DNA from: an uncultured Acidobacteriota bacterium
Lineage (GTDB): Bacteria; Acidobacteriota; Thermoanaerobaculia; Multivoradales; UBA5704
Length of the DNA: 64,000 bases
Assembly (NCBI GenBank): GCA_963718645.1
Contig: OY970373.1
Coordinates: 2,855,900 to 2,919,899, forward strand
Direction of reading: 5' to 3'
The stretch's first letter is position 1. Every line of letters begins with the position of its first letter. This document shows, in pieces, positions 20,069 through 31,047 of the stretch. The position numbers and the translations under genes are program-made. The notes below the pieces were generated by a model, which was not told the origin of the DNA, did no database searches, and saw only the letters and a list, made by a program, of their open reading frames with translations.

Positions 20069-21664
20069 ATGGCAGACGCCGGCAACGTCTACGAAAAAAT
20101 CGTCGGTACTCCCCTTTCGTCGAGCGCCCTGCCGCCGGCGCGGATCTCCGCGGCGGTGGTGCTCTGGCGGCGCGTCGAAGGGGGCGGCCCGGACGAGGTC
20201 GAGGTCTACTGGGTGAAACGGTCCGAGGCCCTCGCCTTCATGGGCGGATGGCACGCCTTCCCCGGCGGCGGGCTGTCGCGGTCGGACGCCGGCCTCCCGG
20301 TCTCCGGCGAGCCTCAGCTCGCGTCCGACGCACCGGCGGCCACGGCGCAGCCGGAGTCGATCGATGTGGGCGACGAGCCGAGCCCCGACCTGCTCCCCGG
20401 GCTCGCCGCCTGTGCCCTGCGCGAGCTGTTCGAGGAGACCGGGATCCTGCTCTCCTCCCCGGCCGTCGATCCCGAGGATCTGCCCGAGCTCCGGCGGGCC
20501 CTGCTGGCCGGCGAGCGGACCTTCGCGGACATCCTCACCGCGCTGGAGGTGAAGCTCCAGGCTTCGCCGCTGGTCTACGCCGGACGGTGGGTGACGCCGC
20601 CGTTCGCGCCGGTCCGCTTCGACAACCGCTTCTTCCTCCTGGAGTGGCCGCAGGACGCCCCGGCCGAGCCCTCCGTCGTCGAAGGGGAGCTCGAGCACGG
20701 CGCCTGGATCCGGCCCGCCGAGGCGTGGGAGGCGTGGCATCGCGGCGACGTGCTGGCCGCGCCGCCGATCCTCCACATCCTCCAGGTGCTGAGCCAGGAC
20801 GGCCCGTTGCGCGGCCTCGCCCGCCTGCGCGACTCGGCCGAGGCCAACCTCGGGCCGTTCCGGAAGGTCGAGCTGCGCCCCGGAGTGGTGATGTTCCCGC
20901 TCCTCACCCACACCCTGCCGCCGGCGGTCACCACCAACGCCTACCTCCTGGGCCTGAGCGACGCCGTGCTGGTCGACCCCGGCGCCTCCGACCCGCGGGA
21001 GCTCGACCGCCTCGAGGCCGCGCTCGCCGCCGCCCGCGAGACGCTCGGCCGCCGGGTGACCGCCATCTGGCTCACCCACCACCACCCGGACCACGTCGGC
21101 GGAGTCGAGCGCCTGCGGGCGACTCTCGACGTGCCCGTCCTCGCCCATCCGCTCACCGCCGAGCGGCTCGCCGGCCGCGGCATCAAGGTCGACGGCGAGC
21201 TCCAGGACGGCCAGCGGGTCGATCTGGGAAGTGGCATCTCGATCCTGGTGCTCCATACGCCGGGCCACGCCCGCGGCCACCTCTGCTTCCTCGAGGAGGA
21301 GCAGGGCTCCCTGCTCTGCGGCGACATGATCTCCGGCGTCAGCATGATCGTCGTCGATCCTCCCGAGGGAGATATGGATGACTACCTCGGATCGCTGACC
21401 AAGCTCGCGTCGTTGCGGCCGGGCATCCTCTTCCCCGGCCACGGACCGGCGATCAAGAACGGCCTCGCCAAGCTCCGCGAGTACATCGATCACCGCCGCT
21501 GGCGGGAGGAGCGGATTTTCGAGGCCTGGAGCGCCGGCCGGAGGACGCCCGCGGAGATGCTCCCCACGGTCTACGAGGACGTGCCGCCGAAGGCCTGGCC
21601 GATCGCCGAGCGGCAGATCCTGGCCCACCTGGACCGGCTGCGGAAGCTGGGGCGGCTCGGCTAG
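20069..21664 (+). CDS. Nudix hydrolase - metallo-beta-lactamase fold fusion protein
   Basis: The N-terminus AVVLWRR...EVYWVKRS...HAFPGG is Nudix-like. The C-terminus has LTHHHPDHVGG and HTPGHARGH MBL motifs. Confidence 0.75.
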   Translation: MADAGNVYEKIVGTPLSSSALPPARISAAVVLWRRVEGGGPDEVEVYWVKRSEALAFMGGWHAFPGGGLSRSDAGLPVSGEPQLASDAPAATAQPESIDVGDEPSPDLLPGLAACALRELFEETGILLSSPAVDPEDLPELRRALLAGERTFADILTALEVKLQASPLVYAGRWVTPPFAPVRFDNRFFLLEWPQDAPAEPSVVEGELEHGAWIRPAEAWEAWHRGDVLAAPPILHILQVLSQDGPLRGLARLRDSAEANLGPFRKVELRPGVVMFPLLTHTLPPAVTTNAYLLGLSDAVLVDPGASDPRELDRLEAALAAARETLGRRVTAIWLTHHHPDHVGGVERLRATLDVPVLAHPLTAERLAGRGIKVDGELQDGQRVDLGSGISILVLHTPGHARGHLCFLEEEQGSLLCGDMISGVSMIVVDPPEGDMDDYLGSLTKLASLRPGILFPGHGPAIKNGLAKLREYIDHRRWREERIFEAWSAGRRTPAEMLPTVYEDVPPKAWPIAERQILAHLDRLRKLGRLG

Positions 21665-24136
21665 CTACTCTGCCCGCAGCGATTCCATCGGATCCACCCG
21701 CGCCGCCCGGGCGGCGGGCAGCAGGCAGGCGAGCAGGCCGGCGGCGATCAGCACGGCCGGCGCGAGGACGAACACCGCCGGGTCCCACGGGCGCACCTGG
21801 AACAGCGACACGGCGAGCAGGCGGGCAAGGGCCGCGGCGAGGAAGAGCCCGAGGGCGACGCCCACCCCGAGCTGGGCCAGCCCTGAGCGCAGCACCAGCC
21901 GCCGGACGTCCGCCGCGCGGGCTCCCAGCGCCATCCGGACGCCGATCTCCCGCGTCCGCCGCGCCACCGCGAAGGCCATGACTCCATAGAGCCCAACGGC
22001 CGCCAGGAGGAGCGCGCAGCCGCCGAGGAGGCCGAACAGCGCGCCCGCCCGGGTATAGGGCTCGGCCACTCCGCGCAACACCTCGTCCAGGGTGGCGACG
22101 CCCGCGAGTGGCACGTCGGGGTCGACCGCGGCCGCCTGGCGCCGGAGGGCCGCCGTCAGCTCCGCGGGCGGACCGACCGTCCGGATCGCGACGGCTCCCC
22201 CCCAGACCGGCACCTGATCCCACGGGAAGTACATCGCCGGCTGCGACGGATCGCCGTCGAGCCCGCCGAGCGCGAGGTCCTGGACGACACCCACAATGGT
22301 GCGCCAGGGGTGGTCCGCGCCGCCGGTGCGCAGCCTCTTGCCCAGCGGGCTCCTGCCCGGGAAGAAGCGCTCCGCGAAGCCATGGCTGACCACCGCGACC
22401 GGCGGCGCGCCCTCGCGGTCGGCGGCGGAGAAGAGCCTCCCTGCCAGCAGCCAGAGCCCGAAGAGCTGGAAATACTGGGGCGAGACCGACGACCAGCGCG
22501 CGCCGGGCCGACCGGCATCCGCTTCTTTCTCCAAACGATCTTCCAAAGTGACCGGCTGGGTGGGAGCCACCAGGCGTTCGAGCGGCAGGACGGAGGCGAA
22601 GGCGACAGTCCGCACCCCCGGCAGTCCGGTGAGGCGGCGCCCCAGCTCCTCGAAGTAGCGGCGCCGGGAAGCCTCGCCGTCGTAGGCCGGGCCGTCCATC
22701 GAGACTCCCGCCGTCAACACCCGGTCCGCGGGGAAGCCCAGGTCGAGCCGGGCCAGCTTCGCCAGGCTCTTGACGGTCAGCCCGGTGGGGACCAGCAGGC
22801 CACAGGAGAGCGCGATCTCGGCCACCGCCAGCAGGCGGCTGGAACGGCCGAGGCGGAGCCCGGTCGAGCCCCGGGACTGATCCTTGAGGATCTCGCCCGG
22901 ATCGCTTCGCGCCGCGTGGAGCGCCGGCAGCGCCCCGGCGACCAGCGCCGCCAGCAGGGTGAGCCCGAGGGCGAACAGGAAGACCGGGAGGTCGAGGCGG
23001 ATGTCGACCCAGAAGGAGACGAGGTCGTTCCCCATCAGGCGGCGGTAGAGGGCGATCGCTCCCCGCGCGATCCCCAGGCCGGCGAGGCCGCCGGCGGCGG
23101 CGAGCACCAGCGATTCGGCCAGGAGCTCCGACGCCACGCGCCAGCGCCCGGCGCCGAGGGCGGACCGCACCGCCATCTCCGGAGTCCGGTCCACGGCCCG
23201 CGCCAGAAGCAGGTGGGCGACGTTGACGCAGGCAATCAGCAGCACGCCGAAGATGGCGCCCAGCATGAGCCACTGCCGCGATCGCAGCTCCCGGTCCACG
23301 TAGGCTTCGACGAAGGGGACGATCCGGACGTGGAAGCCGGGAGCGCCCCCCGGCGGCACGGGGAGCCGGCCGCCGAGAGCGCGGAATTCGGCTCCGGCTT
23401 GCGGCGGCGAGACTCCCTTGCGCAGCCGTGCCACCACCTGGAGAGGATAGTTCTGGCGCTCCGCGAGGTCGAGGCGCAGCGGTTGCCAGAAATACTGGTT
23501 GAGGGGGAAGCGGAAGCCCGGCGGCATGACGCCGACGACCGTCGCGGGGTTGCCGGAGATCCGGACGACGCGGCCGAGCACCCCTGGATCGCCGCCGAAG
23601 CGCTGATGCCAGAGCTCGCCGCTCAGCACGACGACCGCCGGCGCGCCGGGCCGCTCGTCCTCCGACCGGAAGGCGCGGCCCAGCACCGGCTGAACCCCCG
23701 TCATCCGGAACAGGTCGGCGGTCGCATACCCGGCGTTGTAAGACTCGGAGGACGCGCCCGGCACGCCCAGGTTCAGCCGGAAGCCGACCCAGGAGGCGAA
23801 GGCGTCGCAGGAGGCCTGACCGTCCCGCAAGAGACGCACGTCGGCCGCCGTGAACGCCGCGGCGGGGGTGCCGTCGGCGGCGACCCGTTCTACGCGGACG
23901 ATCCGGTCCGCATCCGCGAACGGCAATCCGCGCAGGAAGGTCCCCTCCACGATCGCGTACATCGCCGTGGTGAGGCCGATCCCCAGCGCCAGCGTCAGCA
24001 CGGCGACGGCCGAGAGCGCGGGGTATTTCCAGAGGCGGCGGAAGCTGGAGCGCAGGGATTCCAGAAGAGATAGCGCGCTCACCGGCGCCAAGTTTTCACA
24101 CCGCGGGGAACCCTGTCCAGAGATCGAGGGACTCAC
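21665..24136 (-). CDS. ADOP-family duplicated FtsX/MacB-like ABC permease (orphan permease typical of Acidobacteria)
   Basis: N-terminus ...FRRLWKYPALSAVAVLTLALGIGLTTAMYAIVEG, two FtsX-like halves, 823 aa, and no adjacent ATPase gene. Confidence 0.8.
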   Translation of the reverse strand: MSPSISGQGSPRCENLAPVSALSLLESLRSSFRRLWKYPALSAVAVLTLALGIGLTTAMYAIVEGTFLRGLPFADADRIVRVERVAADGTPAAAFTAADVRLLRDGQASCDAFASWVGFRLNLGVPGASSESYNAGYATADLFRMTGVQPVLGRAFRSEDERPGAPAVVVLSGELWHQRFGGDPGVLGRVVRISGNPATVVGVMPPGFRFPLNQYFWQPLRLDLAERQNYPLQVVARLRKGVSPPQAGAEFRALGGRLPVPPGGAPGFHVRIVPFVEAYVDRELRSRQWLMLGAIFGVLLIACVNVAHLLLARAVDRTPEMAVRSALGAGRWRVASELLAESLVLAAAGGLAGLGIARGAIALYRRLMGNDLVSFWVDIRLDLPVFLFALGLTLLAALVAGALPALHAARSDPGEILKDQSRGSTGLRLGRSSRLLAVAEIALSCGLLVPTGLTVKSLAKLARLDLGFPADRVLTAGVSMDGPAYDGEASRRRYFEELGRRLTGLPGVRTVAFASVLPLERLVAPTQPVTLEDRLEKEADAGRPGARWSSVSPQYFQLFGLWLLAGRLFSAADREGAPPVAVVSHGFAERFFPGRSPLGKRLRTGGADHPWRTIVGVVQDLALGGLDGDPSQPAMYFPWDQVPVWGGAVAIRTVGPPAELTAALRRQAAAVDPDVPLAGVATLDEVLRGVAEPYTRAGALFGLLGGCALLLAAVGLYGVMAFAVARRTREIGVRMALGARAADVRRLVLRSGLAQLGVGVALGLFLAAALARLLAVSLFQVRPWDPAVFVLAPAVLIAAGLLACLLPAARAARVDPMESLRAE

Positions 24137-24541
24137 CCGACGGAACTGGTGAATCGTCCTCTTTCGTGGACGAACCTCCTGGTTTCATCGCTCGAACAGT
24201 ACTTCGCGAAGTCTTGGGTATGGCCTCCCCGGAGGACGGCCTCGTCCTCTCCTCGCCAATCCACAAACGGGCCCGGAGCGGCGGGCTCTTTGCGGATGGA
24301 CCGGTCGGGATTAAGATGTGCGCCCCCGAAGCTCCGGCCGGGAAGTCCCGAAGGTCCGGCACGAGAGGTGCATGGAGTGGGGGACTTGAGAGCGGTGAAG
24401 CTGATTTGCGACCGTTCGCTTGAAGAGCAGCGAGGTGATCCTGGCTGGATGGCGAGTTCCAGGCGGCGATCCCTTGAAAGTCATCAACCCTGGCATGGAT
24501 CGCCGCCGATCGATCGCCACTCTGGAGAGCCGAGGAAGACC

Positions 24542-25366
24542 ATGACACCGCGCAACACACGCGTCCTCGTTTTCGCAACCGCATTGCTGACGGCGCCGCT
24601 TCTCCCGTTGTGGTCGCAGCCGCCGGTCCACCGTCCCCAGCCCGCGAAGAAGGACCCGCCGAAGGGCGAGGTGATCGTCAAGAGCGACACTCCCATCGAC
24701 CCGAACGACCCCCAGGCGGCCGCGGGCCAGACGTCGGATCAGAGCTCGGCTCCCCAGGCACAGACACCTCCAGCTACGCAGGACCAGATGCAGCAGCCGG
24801 CCGCCCCCGGCCAGCCGGCGACGGCTCCCCCGGCCTCCGGCGGCATGACGGCGCCCAATCCGAACGCCGCCAAGGGGATTCCGCCGGACCAGATGGGCCT
24901 GTCGTTCGCTCCGCCGCAGGGTTGGCAGCAGGGCGATCCCACCAAGTTCACGGTGCCGGGGAGCATCTGCTGCGTCTGGTCGCCGGACAACGTCTCCTCG
25001 GTGGCCATCTTCGCCCAGAACTCGGGCAAGCCCTACAACCCCCGCACCCTGCTCGAGCAGAGCGCGACGGGCTTGCAGAAGAGCCTGGGCGCCGAGGTGA
25101 GGACGAAGGAGATCATCAACGTCGGCGGCATGCGCGGCTTCTCGCTGGTGGTGAGCGGCCCGGGCACCGGCGCCGGCATCGACGGCAAGGGCACCGTCCG
25201 CACCGATCAGCACTGGGTGGCCGTGCCGCGGGACAAGGACGTGGTGATCTTCCTGATGACCACCCCCGACGACAAGTTCGCGGCCAACGAAGCGGCCTTC
25301 CAGACCATGCTCGGCTCGCTGAAGATCACCGGCACCCAGACGCCGGACCAGCAGGCCGCCAAGTAA
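24542..25366 (+). CDS. secreted Pro/Gln/Ala-rich protein
   Basis: Internal ATG at 24542 with a GAGG-like RBS. Signal peptide MTPRNTRVLVFATALLTAPLLPLWS followed by a low-complexity PQA-rich segment. The ORF-track start at 24149 is an upstream extension. Confidence 0.55.
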   Translation: MTPRNTRVLVFATALLTAPLLPLWSQPPVHRPQPAKKDPPKGEVIVKSDTPIDPNDPQAAAGQTSDQSSAPQAQTPPATQDQMQQPAAPGQPATAPPASGGMTAPNPNAAKGIPPDQMGLSFAPPQGWQQGDPTKFTVPGSICCVWSPDNVSSVAIFAQNSGKPYNPRTLLEQSATGLQKSLGAEVRTKEIINVGGMRGFSLVVSGPGTGAGIDGKGTVRTDQHWVAVPRDKDVVIFLMTTPDDKFAANEAAFQTMLGSLKITGTQTPDQQAAK

Positions 25367-25369
25367 GAC

Positions 25370-25963
25370 CTACTGAGGCGTCGCGGGCTTGGCCGGCGCC
25401 GGCTGAGCCTGCGGTGCCTCCGCGTGCTCCTCGCCCTCCGGCATCTTCATCCCCGCCTGTTGCACCATCGCCTGGTACTGCTCCGGCGTCAGCTTGCCCA
25501 TCTTGCGGACGAAGGCCACGATCGCCCAGACCTCGTCGTCGGTATGGGTGACGCCGAAGGAGGGCATGCCGGTCATCTTGATGCCGTTCTTGATCACCCA
25601 GAAGGTCTCTTCCGGCGCGTCGTGCCCGACGTCGGAGAGCTCGGGAGGATCGGGGTTCAGGCCCTGACCGATCTCGGAGATCTTGACCCCCGGCGCGCCA
25701 TGGCACGGGGTGCACATCTCGTTGTAGTGGATGAGTCCGGTCCTGATCCGCGTCGCATCCTCGAGGTTCGGCACCGCGATCTTCCCCTTGATCCCGTCGA
25801 CGCCCCGGCGGACCGAATGCTGCTGCGTGGTGACCAGGGCCCAGCGGATCAGCCCTTTGTCCGGGGTGGTGGCCGAAACGTCGTAGAGCCCCGAAAACAT
25901 GAAGGCGATCCCGCCCAGGACGAGGAGCGCGACGACCGCCAGCGCCGTCAACAACGTTTTCAT
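25370..25963 (-). CDS. membrane-anchored c-type cytochrome
   Basis: N-terminal TM/signal plus the CTPCHG (CxxCH) haem-binding motif. Confidence 0.8.
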   Translation of the reverse strand: MKTLLTALAVVALLVLGGIAFMFSGLYDVSATTPDKGLIRWALVTTQQHSVRRGVDGIKGKIAVPNLEDATRIRTGLIHYNEMCTPCHGAPGVKISEIGQGLNPDPPELSDVGHDAPEETFWVIKNGIKMTGMPSFGVTHTDDEVWAIVAFVRKMGKLTPEQYQAMVQQAGMKMPEGEEHAEAPQAQPAPAKPATPQ

Positions 25964-25991
25964 TTGTACCGTCCTCCCGTAGAGTGGTGCC

Positions 25992-27182
25992 GTGACCGAC
26001 GCGGATCATGCCATGGCAGCGGGCTTGCCGGCCAGAGAGGGAGCGCCCGCGCTCGCGCTGGTGCTCTCGGGCGGCGGCGCGCGGGGCGCCTACCAGACGG
26101 GGGTCCTCCGCGGCCTCGCCCGCCGCATCCCCGAGCTCCGCTTTTCGATCATTACCGGCGTCTCCGCCGGGGCGATCAACGCCGCGTTCATCGCCGCCCA
26201 CCCCGGCTCGCTCGCCGAGGCCACGGCGGACCTCTGCGAGGTCTGGGCGAACCTCCAGGTGGAGGACATCTTCCGGATCGACACCCCCTCGCTCGCCCGC
26301 CATTTCACCCGCTGGGCCACCCGGCTCGCCGCCGGGGGATCGCCGATGGCGCCGGCGGTCAGGGGGCTGGTGGACACCCGCCCGCTCCACGGCACGATCG
26401 AACGCGCCACCGCCACCGTCGACGGCGAGCTCATCGGCATCGAGCGAAACCTGGCGCGGGGGAGCCTCGACGCCTTCGCCTTGACGGCCCTCAACTACTC
26501 GACCGGGCAGACGGTCACCTGGGTGCAGGGGCGCGGCTTCCCCACCTGGCGCCAGCCGCGCCACCGGAGCTTCCACGCCCGGATCACCGCCGACCACGTC
26601 ATGGCCTCCGCCGCGCTGCCGATCTTCTTCCCGGCGGTCCGCCTGGGGGACGCCTGGTACGGCGATGGCGGGATCCGCCTGTCGACGCCGCTCGTCCCCG
26701 CCCTGCGCCTGGGGGCCACGCGCATCCTCGCGCTCTCGCCCCACTACGAGCTCAGTTTCGAGGAAGCCGAGCGCACCAAGACCCCCGGCTATCCGTCGCC
26801 GGCGCAGATCCTCGGCCACCTCATGGATTCGATCTTCCTCGACGTGCTCGACGAGGACCTGCGGCGGCTCGAGAGCGTCAACACTCTGCTCGCCGGGATG
26901 CCGCCCGAGAAGCACGGCGGCCTGCGCGAGGTGGCGATCCGCGTCCTGCGCCCCTCCTGCGACCTCGGCCTGCTCGCCGCCGCCTACGAGCCCCGCCTCC
27001 CCACCAGCTTCCGCTACCTCGTCCGCAGCCTGGGGACCAAGGACACCCACACCTCGGACTTCCTCAGCATGCTGATGTTCCAGCCGGACTATCTGCGGCG
27101 GCTGATCGACCTCGGCGAGGAGGACGCGGAGGCGCGGCTGGACACCATCCGCGACCTGGTGGGTGTGCCGGCGGCGGTGTAG
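25992..27182 (+). CDS. patatin-like phospholipase
   Basis: LVLSGGGARGAYQTGVL (GGxRG) and GVSAGA (GxSxG) motifs. Confidence 0.85.
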   Translation: MTDADHAMAAGLPAREGAPALALVLSGGGARGAYQTGVLRGLARRIPELRFSIITGVSAGAINAAFIAAHPGSLAEATADLCEVWANLQVEDIFRIDTPSLARHFTRWATRLAAGGSPMAPAVRGLVDTRPLHGTIERATATVDGELIGIERNLARGSLDAFALTALNYSTGQTVTWVQGRGFPTWRQPRHRSFHARITADHVMASAALPIFFPAVRLGDAWYGDGGIRLSTPLVPALRLGATRILALSPHYELSFEEAERTKTPGYPSPAQILGHLMDSIFLDVLDEDLRRLESVNTLLAGMPPEKHGGLREVAIRVLRPSCDLGLLAAAYEPRLPTSFRYLVRSLGTKDTHTSDFLSMLMFQPDYLRRLIDLGEEDAEARLDTIRDLVGVPAAV

Positions 27183-27300
27183 GCCCTCATCACCCCGGCC
27201 CTCTTCTCCCGTCCCCTCCCACCCTCCCTCACCGGGAGAAGAGGGAGAAGAGCAAGGGAGAAGCCTGGATCATGAGGGAACGGGGCTCCCCACTCAGCCG
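27182..27300. repeat. GGGAGAAGAGGG-type REP-like palindromic element, copy 1
   Basis: ggccctcatcaccccggCCCTCTTCTCCCgtcccctcccaccctccctcaccGGGAGAAGAGGGagaag... lies between convergent genes. Confidence 0.6.
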
Positions 27301-28022
27301 CGCGTTGCGAGCAGGGCCCTAAGACGCGCGATCTCGGCCTCCGCCGCCTCGGCTCGCTCCTCCGCCGCTTCGGCTCGTTCTTCCGGCATCGGCACCAGGC
27401 TGCCGTCGGGACGGAAGAGCCGCACCCAGTCGCCCTCCCTTCCGTCCACGACGCCGTGCCAGGCGCCGAGGAACGCCCCGAGCTGCTCGCTCCAGAGCCG
27501 TCCGTTCTCATCGGGCGGGATCGGCTGGTAGAACCGGCCCGCCAAGCGCAGCCCTTCCAGCGTCCCAGTCTCCGGATCGCACAGGAAGTACTCCGCCGTG
27601 CGAAAGACCCGGGCGTAGAGGTCCCGCTTCTCGGTGCGGTCTTTCCTGGCCGTGGAAGGAGAGAGCAACTCGACGATGACGTCCGGCAGCCGCCCACCCT
27701 CTTCCCAGGCGAGCCAGACCTTGCGCTCGCGGGCCGGGTCGACGCCGCCTACCCAGAAGACGTCCGGGCCGCGGAAGGCCCGCTCCGGCAAGCCCTTCTT
27801 CACCTCGTCCGCGACCTCCCGTGCCTGCTCCAGGGAGTAGTAGACGAACATGTCCCCGCCGGCGTAGAAGTCGGTCCTGCCCTGTTCCGCCATGACCTGG
27901 CGGAACAGCTTTCGCAGGAGAGGGTACTCCAGGGTATGCCACTCGGTCTCCAAGGGCTCTCCGTCGTCGTAGACGAGCTCGAAGGGCAGAGGCGCGAGCG
28001 TGGCGGCAGCGGGCTGGCTCAT
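27294..28022 (-). CDS. Uma2-family (DUF820) PD-(D/E)XK endonuclease-like protein
   Basis: LPDVIVELLSPST..DRTEKRDLYARVFRTAEYFLCDP. Start chosen at the internal ATG at 28022; the ORF-track start 28142 is an upstream extension. Confidence 0.7.
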   Translation of the reverse strand: MSQPAAATLAPLPFELVYDDGEPLETEWHTLEYPLLRKLFRQVMAEQGRTDFYAGGDMFVYYSLEQAREVADEVKKGLPERAFRGPDVFWVGGVDPARERKVWLAWEEGGRLPDVIVELLSPSTARKDRTEKRDLYARVFRTAEYFLCDPETGTLEGLRLAGRFYQPIPPDENGRLWSEQLGAFLGAWHGVVDGREGDWVRLFRPDGSLVPMPEERAEAAEERAEAAEAEIARLRALLATRG

Positions 28023-28117
28023 GGCATGCTTCCTTGCGGAGTCGTTTCTTGCGAGGATCTTATTCCGTATAGCCGGTAAAGGGAAGGGGGCCGGCTCGGG
28101 CGGGCGGCTCCCGCCCG

Positions 28118-29209
<1,092 letters not shown>

Positions 29210-29391
29210 TTCCCTCCGTCTGAGTCTCGATTGGAGTTTTCGGCGCCCTGGAAGAGGCCCCGGCGTATGGTATCGCGGTTAGGCCCCTCCCGCGACCCCG
29301 GAGCACGCCCAGACGGTACCACCGCCTCCGGTGCCGCGGTGATGGACCTCCCGTGGGTGTACCATCATCCGAAGACGGATCGGAGATGAAG

Positions 29392-29613
29392 ATGGCTACG
29401 ACACTGCAGATTGAGCTCCCCTCCAGCCTTTCCGAGGATGAAGCCAGGCTTCTCTTCGCGGTCAAGCTCTTCGAGGTCGGGAAGGTGTCCCTCGGCCAGG
29501 CGGCCAAGATCGCGGAGCTCTCGAAGCGCGCGTTCATGGAGATGCTCGGGCGCTATGGAGTACCGATTTTCAACTACTCCGCCGAGGAACTGCGGAGCGA
29601 GGTCGATTCTTGA
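29392..29613 (+). CDS. UPF0175-family antitoxin
   Basis: GGAG 6 nt upstream of the ATG at 29392. MATTLQIELPSSLSEDEARLLFAVKLFEVGKVSLGQAAKIA is typical of UPF0175. Confidence 0.7.
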   Translation: MATTLQIELPSSLSEDEARLLFAVKLFEVGKVSLGQAAKIAELSKRAFMEMLGRYGVPIFNYSAEELRSEVDS

Positions 29614-30059
29614 CGGAGCCCGTCGTCGTCGACAGTACCTGCCTGATAGGTCTCGACCACATCGACCGCCTTGATCTTCTCCCCAGACTCTTCGAGCCCG
29701 TATTCGCCCCTCCCGAGGTTGCCCGCGAATCCGGCCTCTCTCCTGAATGGTTGAAGATCGAGAAGCCCTCTAATCCAGCCCTCGTGGCCGCCCTCAAGGT
29801 GGCCGTCGATGACGGTGAAGCTGAAGCCATCGCGCTGGCGGCCGAGCATAGGTGGCGGATCGTTCTGGATGACCGGCGGGCTCGCGATGTGGCGCAGCGG
29901 ATGGATCTCAAGATCATAGGCACGGTAGGAATTCTGGTTCGCGCCAAACGAGCGGGACTCCTGCCGTGGGTCAAACCTTTGCTCAACGAGCTGACGGAGA
30001 AGGGCTTCCATCTCAGCGAAAGCCTGAAGAGGGAAGCGCTCCGCTTGATCGGCGAATAG
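29610..30059 (+). CDS. DUF3368-family PIN-like toxin (partner of UPF0175)
   Basis: TTGA start/stop overlap with the antitoxin. VVDSTCLIGLDHI...DDGEAEAIALA resembles a PIN-like acidic-residue pattern. Confidence 0.65.
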   Translation: MTEPVVVDSTCLIGLDHIDRLDLLPRLFEPVFAPPEVARESGLSPEWLKIEKPSNPALVAALKVAVDDGEAEAIALAAEHRWRIVLDDRRARDVAQRMDLKIIGTVGILVRAKRAGLLPWVKPLLNELTEKGFHLSESLKREALRLIGE

Positions 30060-30388
30060 AGCGCCCGATACCGCCGAACGCGAGCGGCGACCTCATTGAG
30101 CACCGCCGAATCAGTGGTCACCACCGCCGCGAAATAAGTCACGGCCGCCGGGAGCTGTGCTTTGACCGATCCGGCGGTCTGTCCACCGCCGAGGCCTGCG
30201 TGAGCACCGCCGAATCCGTGGTCACCACCGTCGCGGCGGTGGCGACTCCCGCCGGTTCCGCGCGTTCGACCGAACCGGCGGTGGTAACACCGCCGCGGCG
30301 GTGGTGACCGCCGCTGGATCCGCGCTCATCGCCGCCGCGCCGGTGGAGACGCACGGGGAGACCCTCTCGCTCGGTATGGCCGCGCCCC

Positions 30389-31039
30389 CTACGCCAGCGC
30401 CGCCGCCAGCTCCCCCGCCCGCGCCACCTTGAGGTCCGCCCTGATCCCGTCGAGCTTCGGCGGACGGGGGAAGCCCCATTCGACGAGAGCGAAGGCGCAG
30501 CCGGCGTTGTGGGCGGTCTCGGCGTCGATCCAGGTGTCCCCCACCAGGAGCAGCCGCGCGAGGGGGACGCCGAGCCGCTCGGCGAGGACGCGGAGGCCGG
30601 CGGGGTCGGGCTTGCGGGTGGGCAGGCTGTCGCCCCCCAGGATCTCGACGAAGAAGCGGGAGAGGCCGAGGCCGTCGAGGATCCGCCGGGAGAGGGCCTC
30701 TCCCTTGTTGCTCAGCAGGGCGAGCGGATAGCGCGGAGCCAGGGCCACCAGCATCTCCTCGATTTCCGGGTAGGCCGTGGTTTCGTCCAGGCAGACCTCA
30801 CCGTAGTGCCCAAGGTAGCGGGCGAGGGCTTGGTCGACCTGGTCCGGCGGGAACCCGGGGCCGAGCGCCCGCTCGACCAGCAGGCGCGCGCCCTCCCCCA
30901 CCATCGTCACCACGGTCTCCAGTGGGAGGGGAGGGAACCCGAGCTCCCCCCGCATCCGGTTGATGGCGGTGGTGATGTCGCGGCGGGAGTCGATCAGCGT
31001 GCCGTCGAGATCGAAGACGAGGGCGGCGGGGCGCTCCAT
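30389..31039 (-). CDS. HAD-family hydrolase (phosphoglycolate phosphatase-like)
   Basis: LVFDLDGTLIDS motif I and LLVGDTWIDAETA motif IV. Confidence 0.8.
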   Translation of the reverse strand: MERPAALVFDLDGTLIDSRRDITTAINRMRGELGFPPLPLETVVTMVGEGARLLVERALGPGFPPDQVDQALARYLGHYGEVCLDETTAYPEIEEMLVALAPRYPLALLSNKGEALSRRILDGLGLSRFFVEILGGDSLPTRKPDPAGLRVLAERLGVPLARLLLVGDTWIDAETAHNAGCAFALVEWGFPRPPKLDGIRADLKVARAGELAAALA

Positions 31040-31047
31040 CGCCCGGC

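Noticed and set aside
20248-21381. 377-aa plus ORF
   Set aside because: It is an alternate frame of the Nudix-MBL gene, Arg/Pro-rich with no domain signature.
21453-23273. 606-aa minus-strand ORF
   Set aside because: It is an alternate frame of the ADOP permease gene and is low-complexity RG-rich.
25326-27322. 574-aa minus and 632-aa plus ORFs over the cytochrome c / patatin region
   Set aside because: These are antisense/alternate frames of well-supported genes. Their C-terminal pieces come from the REP-like repeat (REKREK... translations).
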